This document shows, piece by piece, positions 53,395 to 64,000 of a stretch of DNA of 64,000 bases. Source of the DNA: a virus; IMG/VR virus record IMGVR_UViG_3300028840_004475, positions 83,748-147,747 of that record. The stretch is one strand, 5' to 3'. Each line of letters opens with the position of its first letter. The stretch's first letter is position 1. A program made the translations under genes and the position numbers. The notes under the pieces are model-generated. The model was not told where the DNA came from. It did not search any database and worked only from the letters and a program-made list of their open reading frames with translations.

Positions 53395-53829
53395 TCATTT
53401 CTCACCTTTGATGGTCGCGAGGATCTTGCGCGCTTCAATGCGGTCGCTCTCCTTCTCCTCTTCTGGCAGCTCGCTGTATGGAGTCGCGGCCTGTCGCTTC
53501 CATCTAGAGACCTCGTAGGGATGGATGATGATGTGCCCTTCGACTTCTGATGACTTCTCGAAAAGGTACCTCATCCACCCTGACCAAGCCTCATGGGCAT
53601 AGTCTGCAAGGGACTCGATGATGTTGGGTTGATCTAATTCGGACGGCTGTTCGGCGCGCCTCGCCATCGCACGCAGCTTCATGGCTTCGTCGCGAGCGCG
53701 CATCACGAGATCGCACTGTGTCTCACTGCCCCTCTGATCGACGAGCCACGTAGCAGACTTCTCGTACTCGTCCGCTAGCCAACGGAGCGTGTAGGGATCG
53801 GCGAGCTTGGCCTTCTTCCAATCGGTCAT
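53395..53829 (-). CDS. RyR-like domain protein
   Basis: ADYAHEAWSGWMRY...PYSELPEEEKESDR. Confidence 0.6.
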   Translation of the reverse strand: MTDWKKAKLADPYTLRWLADEYEKSATWLVDQRGSETQCDLVMRARDEAMKLRAMARRAEQPSELDQPNIIESLADYAHEAWSGWMRYLFEKSSEVEGHIIIHPYEVSRWKRQAATPYSELPEEEKESDRIEARKILATIKGEK

Positions 53830-54710
53830 AACTTGGGATCCTCCAGTTCTGCCCAGATCCACATCTTACGACCTGGGAAGTCATCCGACATTTGGAAGTT
53901 GATCTGGAAGCCAGGTGACACGTCAATCTCTAAACAGTTGCCATTAGGTATAGCAGTAATAAAGCCTCTCATCGAACTAACGAGCTGGAGGGGGACTGGC
54001 TCAACGACTTCGTCGCCATCTTCCTGATGGGACTCGAGGTGTTTCCGTGCTCGCTCGAGGTCGTCTAAAGCCAGTGTGATTTTGCTACTCATCGTCTCCC
54101 CTTAAAAATGGCCCGACAGACATCCCAACCAAGATGCCTATCGGGCCCCGAACGCCCAGGCGCCCGCGTGTAGCTCTGTCAACCTAACAGTACGGCTCAA
54201 AAACTCAAGAAGAACCACGATCCGCCCCCCGGTGGTTAGCTTCCACCCCACGCCACTACCTTCCTCAAGGCTTCGGACCACTCGTTGCTTGCGGTTTGAA
54301 AACGTTCAATGCTGTCAGAGTCATTGCTGTGTACTAGTACTGCACCCTCAACTTGTAGACGATTACCGGCTTCACGTATCATCTCGCGCTCAATACAGGC
54401 CTTGTCTAGAGCATCAGACGTACCCTGCAATACATAGTTGACCGCGTTCAACTCACCGTTCTTTTCTTCCAGTGCATACTTGAGTTCGGTGTTCTCATTG
54501 AACAACATACTTGAACAGCTTTTCTCAGACTCCAGCTCATCAATGTGATCAGCTCGTATAGTTCTGAGCTGTTCTGCTCTTACGATCAAACAAGGTGTAC
54601 ACCACATTGGACCAGAGCCACGTCCATGCAGTGGTCTATGATCTGATGTGATGCCACAATCTTCGCACTTCATTTTACTTCCTCAGTGCATGTCACCGTT
54701 ATATCGACTC

Positions 54711-55145
54711 CTACCAAACTTGCAGCTTCTTCGGCAACTTCACCCTGACAGTTCGGGTGTCGTAGTGGTCAGGTTTGGATTCAAGCTCAAGACGCTTCGA
54801 CCGCGCCCAAGCCTCGATGTCCTTCAGTCGCTTGTCTTTCTTTTCGGCTCGCTTCTTCTCGGCTTCACGGACATCAGGACCGATGTAGGTCCATCGTCTG
54901 CTACCGACCTTCTTGACGAATCCGTATTCCGTTGCCTTGCGCATGATGTCTTCGATAGCCCGCTCAGCATTCCAGCGTGCTTCGAAATCAGCTGGTATCG
55001 CACCCAAGTCGTAGAGGTGATTCAGACTGAAGCCTAGACAGCCGTCGTGCTTCCTGAGGTACTGCAGCGTCTCTGAGCGCATGGCCGCAATCAGTTGCTT
55101 CCCCATGCTCGGAAGAAAGTCTATCCTGTTCTTCTTCGTGGCCAT
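54711..55145 (-). CDS. Hypothetical protein
   Basis: GGAGG SD before MATKK. Confidence 0.5.
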   Translation of the reverse strand: MATKKNRIDFLPSMGKQLIAAMRSETLQYLRKHDGCLGFSLNHLYDLGAIPADFEARWNAERAIEDIMRKATEYGFVKKVGSRRWTYIGPDVREAEKKRAEKKDKRLKDIEAWARSKRLELESKPDHYDTRTVRVKLPKKLQVW

Positions 55146-55228
55146 CTTATCCTCCTGTCTGAAACTTCTTTGCCATTTCAGGTACTGCAGTACATCAGTA
55201 GGCAACATAGTGGTGTCGCTTGGCATCG

Positions 55229-55789
55229 CTACTCCTGCTCTTTCACCTGTTTGCGTAAGCGCTCTCTCTCAGCCACGAGCATGATCTGGTGGCAGTGGAG
55301 GGCCTCGGCCTTCAGCTCGAGGGCGAAAATCTCCATCCGTGCAGTCTTCAGCTGAGCCGTGAGATCGGTGACAGCTTTCTTCTCGCCAGCCAAGGACACG
55401 CGCATGATAGAGTTCGCGTTTATTCTCTCTTGAAGTTCATGATCAAGAACTTCCAAGCGCCTATACGCTGAGTCCCTGTCCAGGCGCGAAGTGGTCAGCT
55501 GACTAACCAAGCGCTCGTAGTCCTGAACTAGCTCAGCAGCTCGTGCGTTCAACGGAAGAAAGATGTCATCGTAGCCCATGGCCTCGGCACCCAGGATCGT
55601 GGCCAGCTTCTTGAGCTTCTTGTCTATAGTCGGTGGTTTCGAAGTACTGATGGATTCACGCGCTTCGCGCCTGGAACCGAAGACCTCTGTGTGTGTGTCG
55701 ATATCTTCATTGGAACCATCAACACGTACGAGTACCGAACCTTCCCAGCGAACCTTCACCGGCTTACCGTCAACGACTACCCAGCTCAT
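55229..55789 (-). CDS. Coiled-coil hypothetical protein
   Basis: ORF chain. Confidence 0.5.
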   Translation of the reverse strand: MSWVVVDGKPVKVRWEGSVLVRVDGSNEDIDTHTEVFGSRREARESISTSKPPTIDKKLKKLATILGAEAMGYDDIFLPLNARAAELVQDYERLVSQLTTSRLDRDSAYRRLEVLDHELQERINANSIMRVSLAGEKKAVTDLTAQLKTARMEIFALELKAEALHCHQIMLVAERERLRKQVKEQE

Positions 55790-56343
55790 GACTCCTCCGA
55801 CCTTGCAATCGCTTCTTCTGCAGTCAACTCGCCGCGCTCAACTCGACGGCAATCATCGAGGAACTTCAGGCGGTCTCGACGCATCTTCTCGTACTCGGGT
55901 ATCTTCTCTGGGTGGTACCAGATGTCCCTCGCCCACTCGACCATCTGGTGTAGGCGACCGATCCCGTACTGCTCAGACAGCTCCAGAATCTGACGCAGCA
56001 GCTGCTCTTCCTCTCGATACCCATTGGTCCCAACCGGCCAACCAATCAGGCACCTGAGTTCTTCGATGTCAGGGAGTGTGGTGATTCCTCTGCTGCTACT
56101 CATCTCCGACCTCTGACAATACTCCTGAACATGCCTTCAATGTCCTCGCCGTAGCCATAGTCTTCAAAGGTCTCGTATGCTTTCCTCATGGCACGTACGG
56201 CATATCCAGCACGTTCTGCAGCATCTCTGTGCTCAACAATCTCCCTGTCGATCTCTTCCTGAGCTGTCATGCCAAGGGAAGGGCCGTGGTTCTCACGGTT
56301 GTGTTGGATCCAGTAGTTGTAAACGGCCGCCCAGACCATCTTC

Positions 56344-56556
56344 TCACCGTTGGTCATGCGGATTCTCCTTCTCGCTCACCGGGAACAGCCGCAACGAGTA
56401 AACCTGTGTGTCGTGCCAGGACAAGGTAACGCCAGCGTTCAACCTGATCCCGATCTGACCCTTCTCGTTCTGCCAGCCGACCCCGACTTGCACCCACGGA
56501 GCCTTATCGTTCTCGCGCTCTACCTTCAGACACAGGTTGTGCGTTGGCTTGCTCAT
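56344..56556 (-). CDS. Small single-stranded-DNA-binding-like protein
   Basis: W..VGV.W.N.KG.I.I.LN...L......LFP. Confidence 0.5.
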   Translation of the reverse strand: MSKPTHNLCLKVERENDKAPWVQVGVGWQNEKGQIGIRLNAGVTLSWHDTQVYSLRLFPVSEKENPHDQR

Positions 56557-58262
56557 TTTTACCTCATCGACTCAAGACGGACAGTCGCCTTGCGCTCGGG
56601 TGTCATTCTGTCTGAGCTGATGGTGATGTCGTACTCGACATCCACGACCTTGACGTTTAGGTGACAGAAGCCATCTTCATCGAAGAAGCCATCATCGTCA
56701 CCATCGGGCATCTCAGGCAACGTATCCTTATGCCTGTGTATCGATGCCGTGGCGCCCACTGGTGGGATCGCACCACCGAAGAGGTTGACACTGTCCTGAC
56801 CATCAATGATCGTGTTGATGGTGACGTGGTTGAAAACATTGAAAAGGTCGGACATCATTCCTCCGGCAGTACCTCGAGTCGACTCCACGACCCAAGTCTC
56901 TTCTCTCTTTGAACTGGCGGTCCAAGTCTGAACCTACAGTTCCTCCCGTGCTTCTCGAAGAACTTCTTCGTCGCACGCAGAACGTGCTCGCATCGAGCAC
57001 AGTTGAACTCCCCTTGACCTACTACCGCCGCCACAGATCTCCACCCACATGCTGCTACCTTGACTGGGCCATCGTACTCATAGAGCCAATGAACCCGACC
57101 GCCGGGTTGGCTCATCGTTGGTTCTGGCTCAGTCACTTCACCTTCACGCGCTCCAGCACAGAGTTCCCACACGCATACTGTTCAGGATGCGACTCGGGTG
57201 TGCGACCCTCGAGCATGATCAAGGCAGACGAAGCCAGCTCCTCAGTGACTTCCTTCTCCCCCACGTCCGCGAGGTACCCGACAACCTCGAGCTTCCCGTT
57301 GAAACCATCCCTCGGATCGCGCCAGTTGTTGACCTCGGTGAACCGCAGGATCATTGACCCCTTGGTGAACTCCTTGATGACCTCGTCACCCACGGACACC
57401 GGAGGACACAGGGCACCGCTGCAGCCCCACGTCTTCCCCTCCTCATCGAGAGGCTTCTTGTCCATGTAGCAAGCGTGGCCCCAACGGTTCTCCCTGCAGT
57501 CAAATCGGTGCACGTCTTCCCTCCTCGCGTCCTTTTTATCCTTGAGCCTCTTCATGAGACGGCCGACGAAGTGCTTGACGATGAAGTTGAGCATCAGACG
57601 TCCTTGCGCAGGGCGGCGCGGGCGACACCGCCCAGCCACGCCAACACTTCCTCGCCAGAGGACACCTCACCGTCCAGGCTGGCATCGCGTATCCACCTCA
57701 ACGTTTCTTTCAGCCGCTCGTTCTCGGCGCGCAGTTCTTCGAACTGTCGATGGTTCGGATGTGGCACCCCGGGCGGCAACTTCGATGGCCACTGCGGTTT
57801 CGTCATGACTCCCCCTTCAAAAGCTTCAACAGCCCTTCCTTCGAGCCGTCGTGCTCTTTCCAAGCAGTGAAGGCAGCCAGCTTCTCAGGAGAAGAGAGAT
57901 CTACCTGAGCAATCAACTTCACCATCTCGGCTTCACCCTCGAATCCACAGGCCTTGGCGAGTTCTTCCAGCATTAGTCATCCTACATCGACTCACAGGCC
58001 TCGAGCAGTTTCTGAGCCAAAGCTGCTGCCTGTTGACGTTTCACGGCCTTCCACAGTCGACGCCTCTCGAAGAAACCCATAGCCGACTTGCTCAACCTGA
58101 TGTCACCCACTACTTCTAAACCAAAAGCGCCGTTGGATATCCAAATGAGCAAATTGGCCCTCTTGTGGCCAAGATTGTACTCACCTTCCATCGCCCAGCC
58201 TTGTGGGTCGGCATCAAGCAGAGCAATGACGTATTCAACTGGTGTCATAGTCCCTCGATTCT

Positions 58263-58305
58263 GTTGTACACCGAGGAAGAGCTATTAATGCTAGGAAATT
58301 GCTAG
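58263..58305 (-). promoter_or_regulatory. Phage promoter-like motif (CTAG-N7-CTAG-N22-TACAAC)
   Basis: Repeated motif. Confidence 0.7.
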
Positions 58306-58560
58306 GAACGGTCTACAGCCCGACAACGGGACCGGAGTTGGCAACGAGCCCACAGTGTCCGATCTTCTCAACTGGAGCGTCTACTACCCAACAGGCACAC
58401 AAAGAACCGACGCACCGGTTCCAGGTAGCCTTCTCGTCCCCGAGACCGTTGCCATCGAAATCACCGCAGCGATTGTTGGAGCCGTCCTCATCGCTGCCTG
58501 AGTACCGGACGAAGGGACACCAGTACAGATGAGCATCGTCTTCTCGGAAGGCGGCCATGG

Positions 58561-59058
58561 CTACCCCTTGCACCTGTAACCGACCTCAGACTCCACCAGC
58601 TCACGAGTCTCAGGATGGAGCCTCATGTTGTCGCGGTTCTTGGCGTACCAAGAAAGTGTGTCCAAGCCGTGTCCCTGAGCCCTACCAGCGCCTCGCCAGT
58701 CCGCGATCATCTCCATCCTGTAGACGTAGGGCATCGGCAGACACTGGGCGTTGTCCTTTGGGTCGTAGCCCTCAAGCGGTGACAAGACGTCGCCTATCAG
58801 TACCCAGTGTTGCCAATGATGTGGATTGCGGTGTTGGTGCTTCAGCCATGCCTCATTGAAGGCATCGACAAGCCACTGCGGCCGTTCGTTGTACTTCCAG
58901 GGTCCGTTGAAGGACCATGCGTACGGCCACCACTCGCCCCACCTGAACTTACTCAGATCGTGAACTAGTCCTCGCCACAACAGACCCATCTTCACGCACT
59001 CAATGAAGACGAACCACTTGTGGCGGACAACATACGACAGGTACTTGAGGTGCTTCAC
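58561..59058 (-). CDS. HD-like protein (DUF5662-type)
   Basis: HK..V, HDLSKF, WL.H...N.HH..HW, EM.ADW. Confidence 0.75.
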   Translation of the reverse strand: MKHLKYLSYVVRHKWFVFIECVKMGLLWRGLVHDLSKFRWGEWWPYAWSFNGPWKYNERPQWLVDAFNEAWLKHQHRNPHHWQHWVLIGDVLSPLEGYDPKDNAQCLPMPYVYRMEMIADWRGAGRAQGHGLDTLSWYAKNRDNMRLHPETRELVESEVGYRCKG

Positions 59059-59700
59059 GGTTCCACCACCACAGGCCCCACGGGCTCGAACAGGACCGAC
59101 GTCTCACCGACGTACTTACACTCGAAGGTGTAGCCCTCAATGACGTAGCGCTCACCAACCTTGAAGATCGACCAATGCTTCGGGACCTCCGAACCGTCAG
59201 GACGGAACAGCTTCCCGCTGGCGACCCCGAGGGCCCGACGCATCTCGCGGTTGAGCGGTCGGCCGTCCCTCTGGGCTTCCTCTGCCGTCTGTAGGACTTC
59301 GAACTTGTTCGTCTCCGGGTTCATGTGTTCTCCTCAAGCAGCGCTGCGAGGGCGCAGTTATCCGCTGTGCACATCTCCTCGTTCTCACCGCAGCGAACGC
59401 ACCACCCTTCTTGAAAGTGCACCTCCAGCAGCACGTCGAGGGCGGCGTCGATCTTGGCTTGTAGTTCGCTTCTTGTCGGCTTCCGTTTGATGTCCCAAGC
59501 GTCGCAAATCTTGGCTGCCTTATCTCGTGCTTGTTCAAGCTCCTCCTGCGTCCACACAAGTGTGAGTGTGCCGTCGGCCTCTTCCCTTACGCCGTCGCGA
59601 AACCGTGCATCCATTCGCCTGACCTGCGCCTCCAGCGCGTCGTAGTCGGAGGCGCGGACCCACTCACCTTTCCATGGCGCGAACTGGAACCGCTCAACCA

Positions 59701-60228
59701 TCACTCACCCCAGTTCTTCCCAGAGCACACTAATCCGATCGTAGACAGATGAACCCCATATTTCTCGCCTAAAGCCTTCAAGGTCCAGCCCTCACGTCGC
59801 AGCCTACGAATCGCGGTAACGTCCCCCTCACTCAACTTTGCCCTCGGATTTTTCACACCTACAGTCGACCTTCCACGGACTACCATGTCTCGCATGTTGT
59901 CGGCCTGTGTCCCTGCGTACAAATGATGCGGGTTGCAACAGAGAGGGTTGTCGCAGCGATGACAAACCATCTTACCCTGCGGTATGTCGCCGTGAGCCAA
60001 CCTGTACATCAGGCGGTGTACGGCAAGTCGCACTATTCTCCCGTTGCGCCCAGGAGTCAGCTGATGCCGAAGGGCTCCGTACCTGCCACGATGACCGTTC
60101 TGGCCCCCAGTCTTCCCGCCCGTCCAGTTCCAGCAGTCATCGGGACCTCTCATCTCTATCCGTGACAGCAACCTATCCTCGAGGTCAGGAATCGAATCCA
60201 AGGGAATTTCATCGTGGGCGCCCATCAA
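59701..60228 (-). CDS. HNH endonuclease with C-terminal HTH
   Basis: CW.W.G, HR..Y, VCHRCDNPLCCNPHHL..GT..DN..D. Confidence 0.88.
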   Translation of the reverse strand: MMGAHDEIPLDSIPDLEDRLLSRIEMRGPDDCWNWTGGKTGGQNGHRGRYGALRHQLTPGRNGRIVRLAVHRLMYRLAHGDIPQGKMVCHRCDNPLCCNPHHLYAGTQADNMRDMVVRGRSTVGVKNPRAKLSEGDVTAIRRLRREGWTLKALGEKYGVHLSTIGLVCSGKNWGE

Positions 60229-60989
60229 ACCTTCTTACTCAGCACTACTTTGCCGATCACGTTCTTGACTGACTCAACCAGGCCTTCATCGAGCCACAAG
60301 TTATTCTTGCGCAGCTGGGACTCGATTTCGGCCAGACCACAGAGCAGATCCTCTTTCACACCCAACATGCCCAACATGTCGTTGTTGGTAGGAAAGCGCT
60401 GCTTAACGAGCCAATCGACACGCTCGACGATAGACAGACGGTCACTGGAGACGGGGTCACCCTTGTGTGTCGGCGCATCGGCCCCGTTGAGCAGCTTTTC
60501 AATGGCAAGGAGTAGGTCGCCGTCACCAGGACAGGTCGGAATACGTTCCACTACTTTACCCTCACTTGGAGCTTCCTCCATTTTCGAGTGCTCGACGGCA
60601 TGCAATGCCTCGAACAGCTCCTTCACTTCCTTACTGGACGTAGGCACTTGACCGCCGGAGCCCTTCCGAAGGAGAACCCGGGCCGCTTCAACTACTCTCT
60701 CGAGCCTCACAATCCTCTCGTTCTCCTTGGCCTCGTAGCGGTGCGGCTGCCCGTAGTCGAGACGGGCATCGGCCAGGGCCGAGCGACTGTCGATGATACG
60801 CCTCTTGACCCAATCATCCGTGATGCGGGCCATCTCGTCAGCGGCCCTGAACTTGAAGTAGTTCTCCGAGTACAGCCGGCGTACCTCTTCACGGAGGGCA
60901 GCAGCGACATCAGCGCCACATATCAGACACGTTTGCAATCCATCTGTAGCGCTGTGTCTGCAATTTCTTTTATCCGGAACGGCCATCAC
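60225..60989 (-). CDS. Hypothetical protein
   Basis: ORF chain with 4-bp overlaps. Confidence 0.5.
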   Translation of the reverse strand: MMAVPDKRNCRHSATDGLQTCLICGADVAAALREEVRRLYSENYFKFRAADEMARITDDWVKRRIIDSRSALADARLDYGQPHRYEAKENERIVRLERVVEAARVLLRKGSGGQVPTSSKEVKELFEALHAVEHSKMEEAPSEGKVVERIPTCPGDGDLLLAIEKLLNGADAPTHKGDPVSSDRLSIVERVDWLVKQRFPTNNDMLGMLGVKEDLLCGLAEIESQLRKNNLWLDEGLVESVKNVIGKVVLSKKV

Positions 60990-62287
60990 TTCTCCCTCAA
61001 CAGTGCCGCTATCAAGTCAGCAATGGCGTCTGCGCCCGCCTCTCTAGCAGACACCACCAGTACACGAAGTGCGCCGTTCAGCCGCTCCACCTCGGCGCGC
61101 ATCTTCTCTGCGTCGGCTCGCTGTGCCTCGTGCTGTCGTCGCAGTGTGTCGACCTCGTCGCGCAGGGCGTCACGCTCTTTCTCAGCAACATGCAATTCTT
61201 CTGAAACAGAAGCGATGATCTCGCTAGCCCGCTTCAATGCCTTCGCGCGATCTTTCTTCAACCTCTCCATCTCTTCCCGAAGGTCGCACATGTGACAGCC
61301 TTCAGACATGTCAGCCGCCACGTAAGTGTTCTTCGAGTCATGACACTTCGGACAGATACCTGGCTGGATGCCGCTCATGGGGACTCCTACTTGAAACACC
61401 GACCGCGACAAGACAGCCGACCACAGAAGCAACAGTGCCCCTCAGAGTCATCATAGAGAGTGAACTCCCCCTCCTGAGTAACCCGTTCCGACTGTTGAGC
61501 CGGCACCGGCGTTCCATCCGGGTACTTCATCGGGTTGCCCTCTGAGTCGCACGCTCCGCGGCGACCTGTCCGGCGATCGATATACGTCTTCCGATACTGT
61601 CCGTGACCCATGGTTGTCTCCAGATCTACAGCCGCACCCACCCGGGTCCGCCGTCGGCCTTATACAGGTAGCGGACCTTGTCTGCCTTCCGAAGGTACTG
61701 GAGGGCGACATCGACCCGGCGTTCCTCGTATCGCCACTCGTCGTAGTCGGGCATGCGCTGGCAGATTTCACGGAACAGCAGCGGCTGCTTCTTGCCGATG
61801 ATCTTGTAGACGTCCTTGCGGTCCTGCTTTCTGTCTATCACCTTGTCCTCCTGAGGTTATCGTTCTTCCACATCTAGGTCAGTCTTCACTTCACCTTGAT
61901 GGTCTCGCGGATGGCTCTTGCGGTTGCCGCCTGTCCTGAGATGTCGCATGCAGCTGCCATCTCTTCCAATGCATCACGCAGCCGTTCCTCTCGAGCCTGC
62001 CGGAGGAGGTCGCGCATGTCGTCAAGTAGGTCGGTCATCATCCATCCGAGCCGCACAGGCCGTACACTGCCCTGGCGGATCCACATCGTATCTGACAGGC
62101 AACTTCGAGGTCCCACAAACTATCCCGCACACGACACACTTCACAGGAGGACCGGCGGTGATAGATGGTTTCGGGAACAACCAATGCAGCAGCCTGTTGA
62201 GCACGCGACCTCCTGTCCATATGTACCCCAGGAGCCACCTGAGCTGGCCGCACCTATCCCCGCCAACTTCAACCGATTTGGGCAGTT

Positions 62288-63292
62288 TTAGGCGCCGAGG
62301 TGGTGACAGTCCTGACAGCGCTCCTCGAGCTTCCCCACCTGCGAGTTCCAGGTCTGAACCAACAGGCCCTTGCAGTACCGACACCGCCCAGCCTTCCACC
62401 CACAGGAAGGACAGTCCCGTGTGCCGGCACGGATCTGCAGGTCTAGCTCGCGGGGGATGATGACGTTGCAGTGGAAGCACTCCCCCTCACCCATCTCGCC
62501 TTCGGGTCGCGGGAGGGGCCGTCGCTTCTTCGGCTTCTCGGGCTCGGCCTTCTTGAGGCGCTCCCTCTGGCTCTTGAACTCGAAGGGCTTCTCGGGTTCA
62601 GGCTTCACGTACCTGAACTCGGCGCGGTTCGGCGTGCTAGACCCGCCCGGCCACCACCGCACCCGCATGTCCTTGAAGTCGGGATCGTTATCGCAGACAG
62701 GAAACGACTTCCCAAGAGGACAAGTAGAACAGGCCGCACCGGGCATGCTGCAGTAGCCATTCTTGTCCGTCTTGAGGGGCTCCCAGGCCGAGGGCTTCTC
62801 ACCCCGAGCAGCGATCTCCTCAGGAGTAGCCAGGCGCGGAACAGCCCAAACAGAACACCAGGCGTAGTCCTTACCCGTCTCCAGGGACGTGATGGCAAGT
62901 TTTTCAGAATTCAACTTCTTGACCAAGAAGACGTGGCCGCAGCCATAAACGCCACCCTCACTAGGGTCCTCGATGTAGATGTGGTCGCCCACTGAGAAGC
63001 CGTCGATGGAATGCTCCACAGGCTCCTCGTCGGTTCTCGCGGACTCGAGATCTTTACTCGGTACCGCGAGTTTGACGTGCTGGTGGGGCCACCACACTTT
63101 CTCCGTGCAGCCGTTCAGGTCGAAGGCAATGAGAGGGTCACCATCCGGATCAACGTCAATGACCTCACCCATCAAGCCCACGTACTTCTCGCGGTCAGAG
63201 GCTGCCGGAGACCACCATCCGCCAGACTTGAGTACAATGTCCTCGTGCCACAACTCAACAGTGACTAGATCGCCCTTCTTCGGCTGTTCCAT
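62288..63292 (-). CDS. Protein with C-terminal double zinc ribbon (paralogue 4)
   Basis: CFHC..I.AG..DCPSC...CRYC...RCQDC. Confidence 0.65.
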   Translation of the reverse strand: MEQPKKGDLVTVELWHEDIVLKSGGWWSPAASDREKYVGLMGEVIDVDPDGDPLIAFDLNGCTEKVWWPHQHVKLAVPSKDLESARTDEEPVEHSIDGFSVGDHIYIEDPSEGGVYGCGHVFLVKKLNSEKLAITSLETGKDYAWCSVWAVPRLATPEEIAARGEKPSAWEPLKTDKNGYCSMPGAACSTCPLGKSFPVCDNDPDFKDMRVRWWPGGSSTPNRAEFRYVKPEPEKPFEFKSQRERLKKAEPEKPKKRRPLPRPEGEMGEGECFHCNVIIPRELDLQIRAGTRDCPSCGWKAGRCRYCKGLLVQTWNSQVGKLEERCQDCHHLGA

Positions 63293-63317
63293 TGCGTCTC
63301 CCCTTTCGTGTCCATCC

Positions 63318-63360
63318 TGTGTACCACTCCTGAGTGCTACAGCTGCTACGAAATTTCTAG
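63318..63360 (-). promoter_or_regulatory. Phage promoter-like motif (CTAG-N7-GTAG-N22-TACACA)
   Basis: Repeated motif. Confidence 0.6.
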
Positions 63361-63870
63361 GTTCGCCCGATGCCTATATGTGCCTGTAGGTGAAGATGGG
63401 TACGACTGTGCCGTGGGTGCCAAGTTGTGCACGGCGGTACCTATGTGTGAATGGCGGTACCTGTGTGTGCAAATTGGCTTCAATCGGTACCTGTGGGCGG
63501 GACTGTGCGGCCGGGACGGTCGGGGTGGTCGGGGCGGTAGGCGGGGATGGGCACCAATACCTGACTGAAAAAGTGCCTATATGTGAAAATTGGCGCCGCA
63601 AATATTGGCGGGTAACCTATATTTCTGACGTAAGCCGTTGATATCATTGCAGTTTTTCCACTGGGCCCAAACCGCTGAGGGGGCCCCCGGGGGGCCCCTC
63701 CTCCTTGATATCATTAAGGAATTCGACGTTCAAAAGGGGTCAATTGCAAGTTAGCGGTTTGACTAGGCTTTCTCGAATCGAATCCGAGCGCGATCCGCTA
63801 ACCCTACGGAATTAGGACGGAATAATTAACAGCCAATTTATGTCTATGATATTGCTAGTGTTTTCCGGTC

Positions 63871-64000
63871 GCCAGCTGGACCGAGGGGCGCCAGCTGGAC
63901 CGAGGGGCGCCAGCTGGACCGAGGGGCGCCAGCTGGACCGAGGGGCGCCAGCTGGACCGAGGGGCGCCAGCTGGACCGAGGGGCGCCAGCTGGACCGAGG
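63871..64000. repeat. Perfect 19-bp tandem repeat GCCAGCTGGACCGAGGGGC, at least 6.8 copies, cut by the window edge
   Basis: Read directly from the sequence. Confidence 0.95.

Noticed and set aside
63871-64000. CRISPR array
   Set aside because: Head-to-tail repeats with no spacers.

Overview
This window is a 64-kb piece of a GC-rich tailed dsDNA phage genome. Left part (1-19.5 kb, minus strand): virion and lysis module with small and large terminase, DUF935-type portal, Mu-type protease/scaffold, head decoration protein, gpE-like major capsid, holin/spanin-like genes, fibre and baseplate proteins, and a patatin-like lipase. 19.6-23.4 kb: 5'-3' exonuclease, M15A endolysin, pyruvoyl arginine decarboxylase and deoxynucleoside kinase. 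29.4-39.5 kb (plus strand): an RNA/translation island with a Ro60/TROVE gene, an array of 7 Y RNAs plus one more structured RNA, and 37 tRNA genes covering all 20 amino acids in three operons. The rest (24-29 kb and 40-63 kb) is mostly small minus-strand ORFs behind a repeated CTAG-N7-CTAG-N22-TA promoter-like motif. The window ends in a non-coding region with 19-bp tandem repeats. Two candidate undescribed systems stand out. (1) Each tRNA operon begins with a sigma70-like promoter and a 37-40 aa leader ORF whose codons match the anticodons of the tRNAs in that same operon, which suggests a codon-sensing control of phage tRNA supply. (2) The Ro60-binding Y RNA scaffold is reused to display four differently permuted tRNA mimics and three bare anticodon-like stem-loops. 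All calls were made by eye, without database searches, folding software or statistics, and coordinates were counted by hand.
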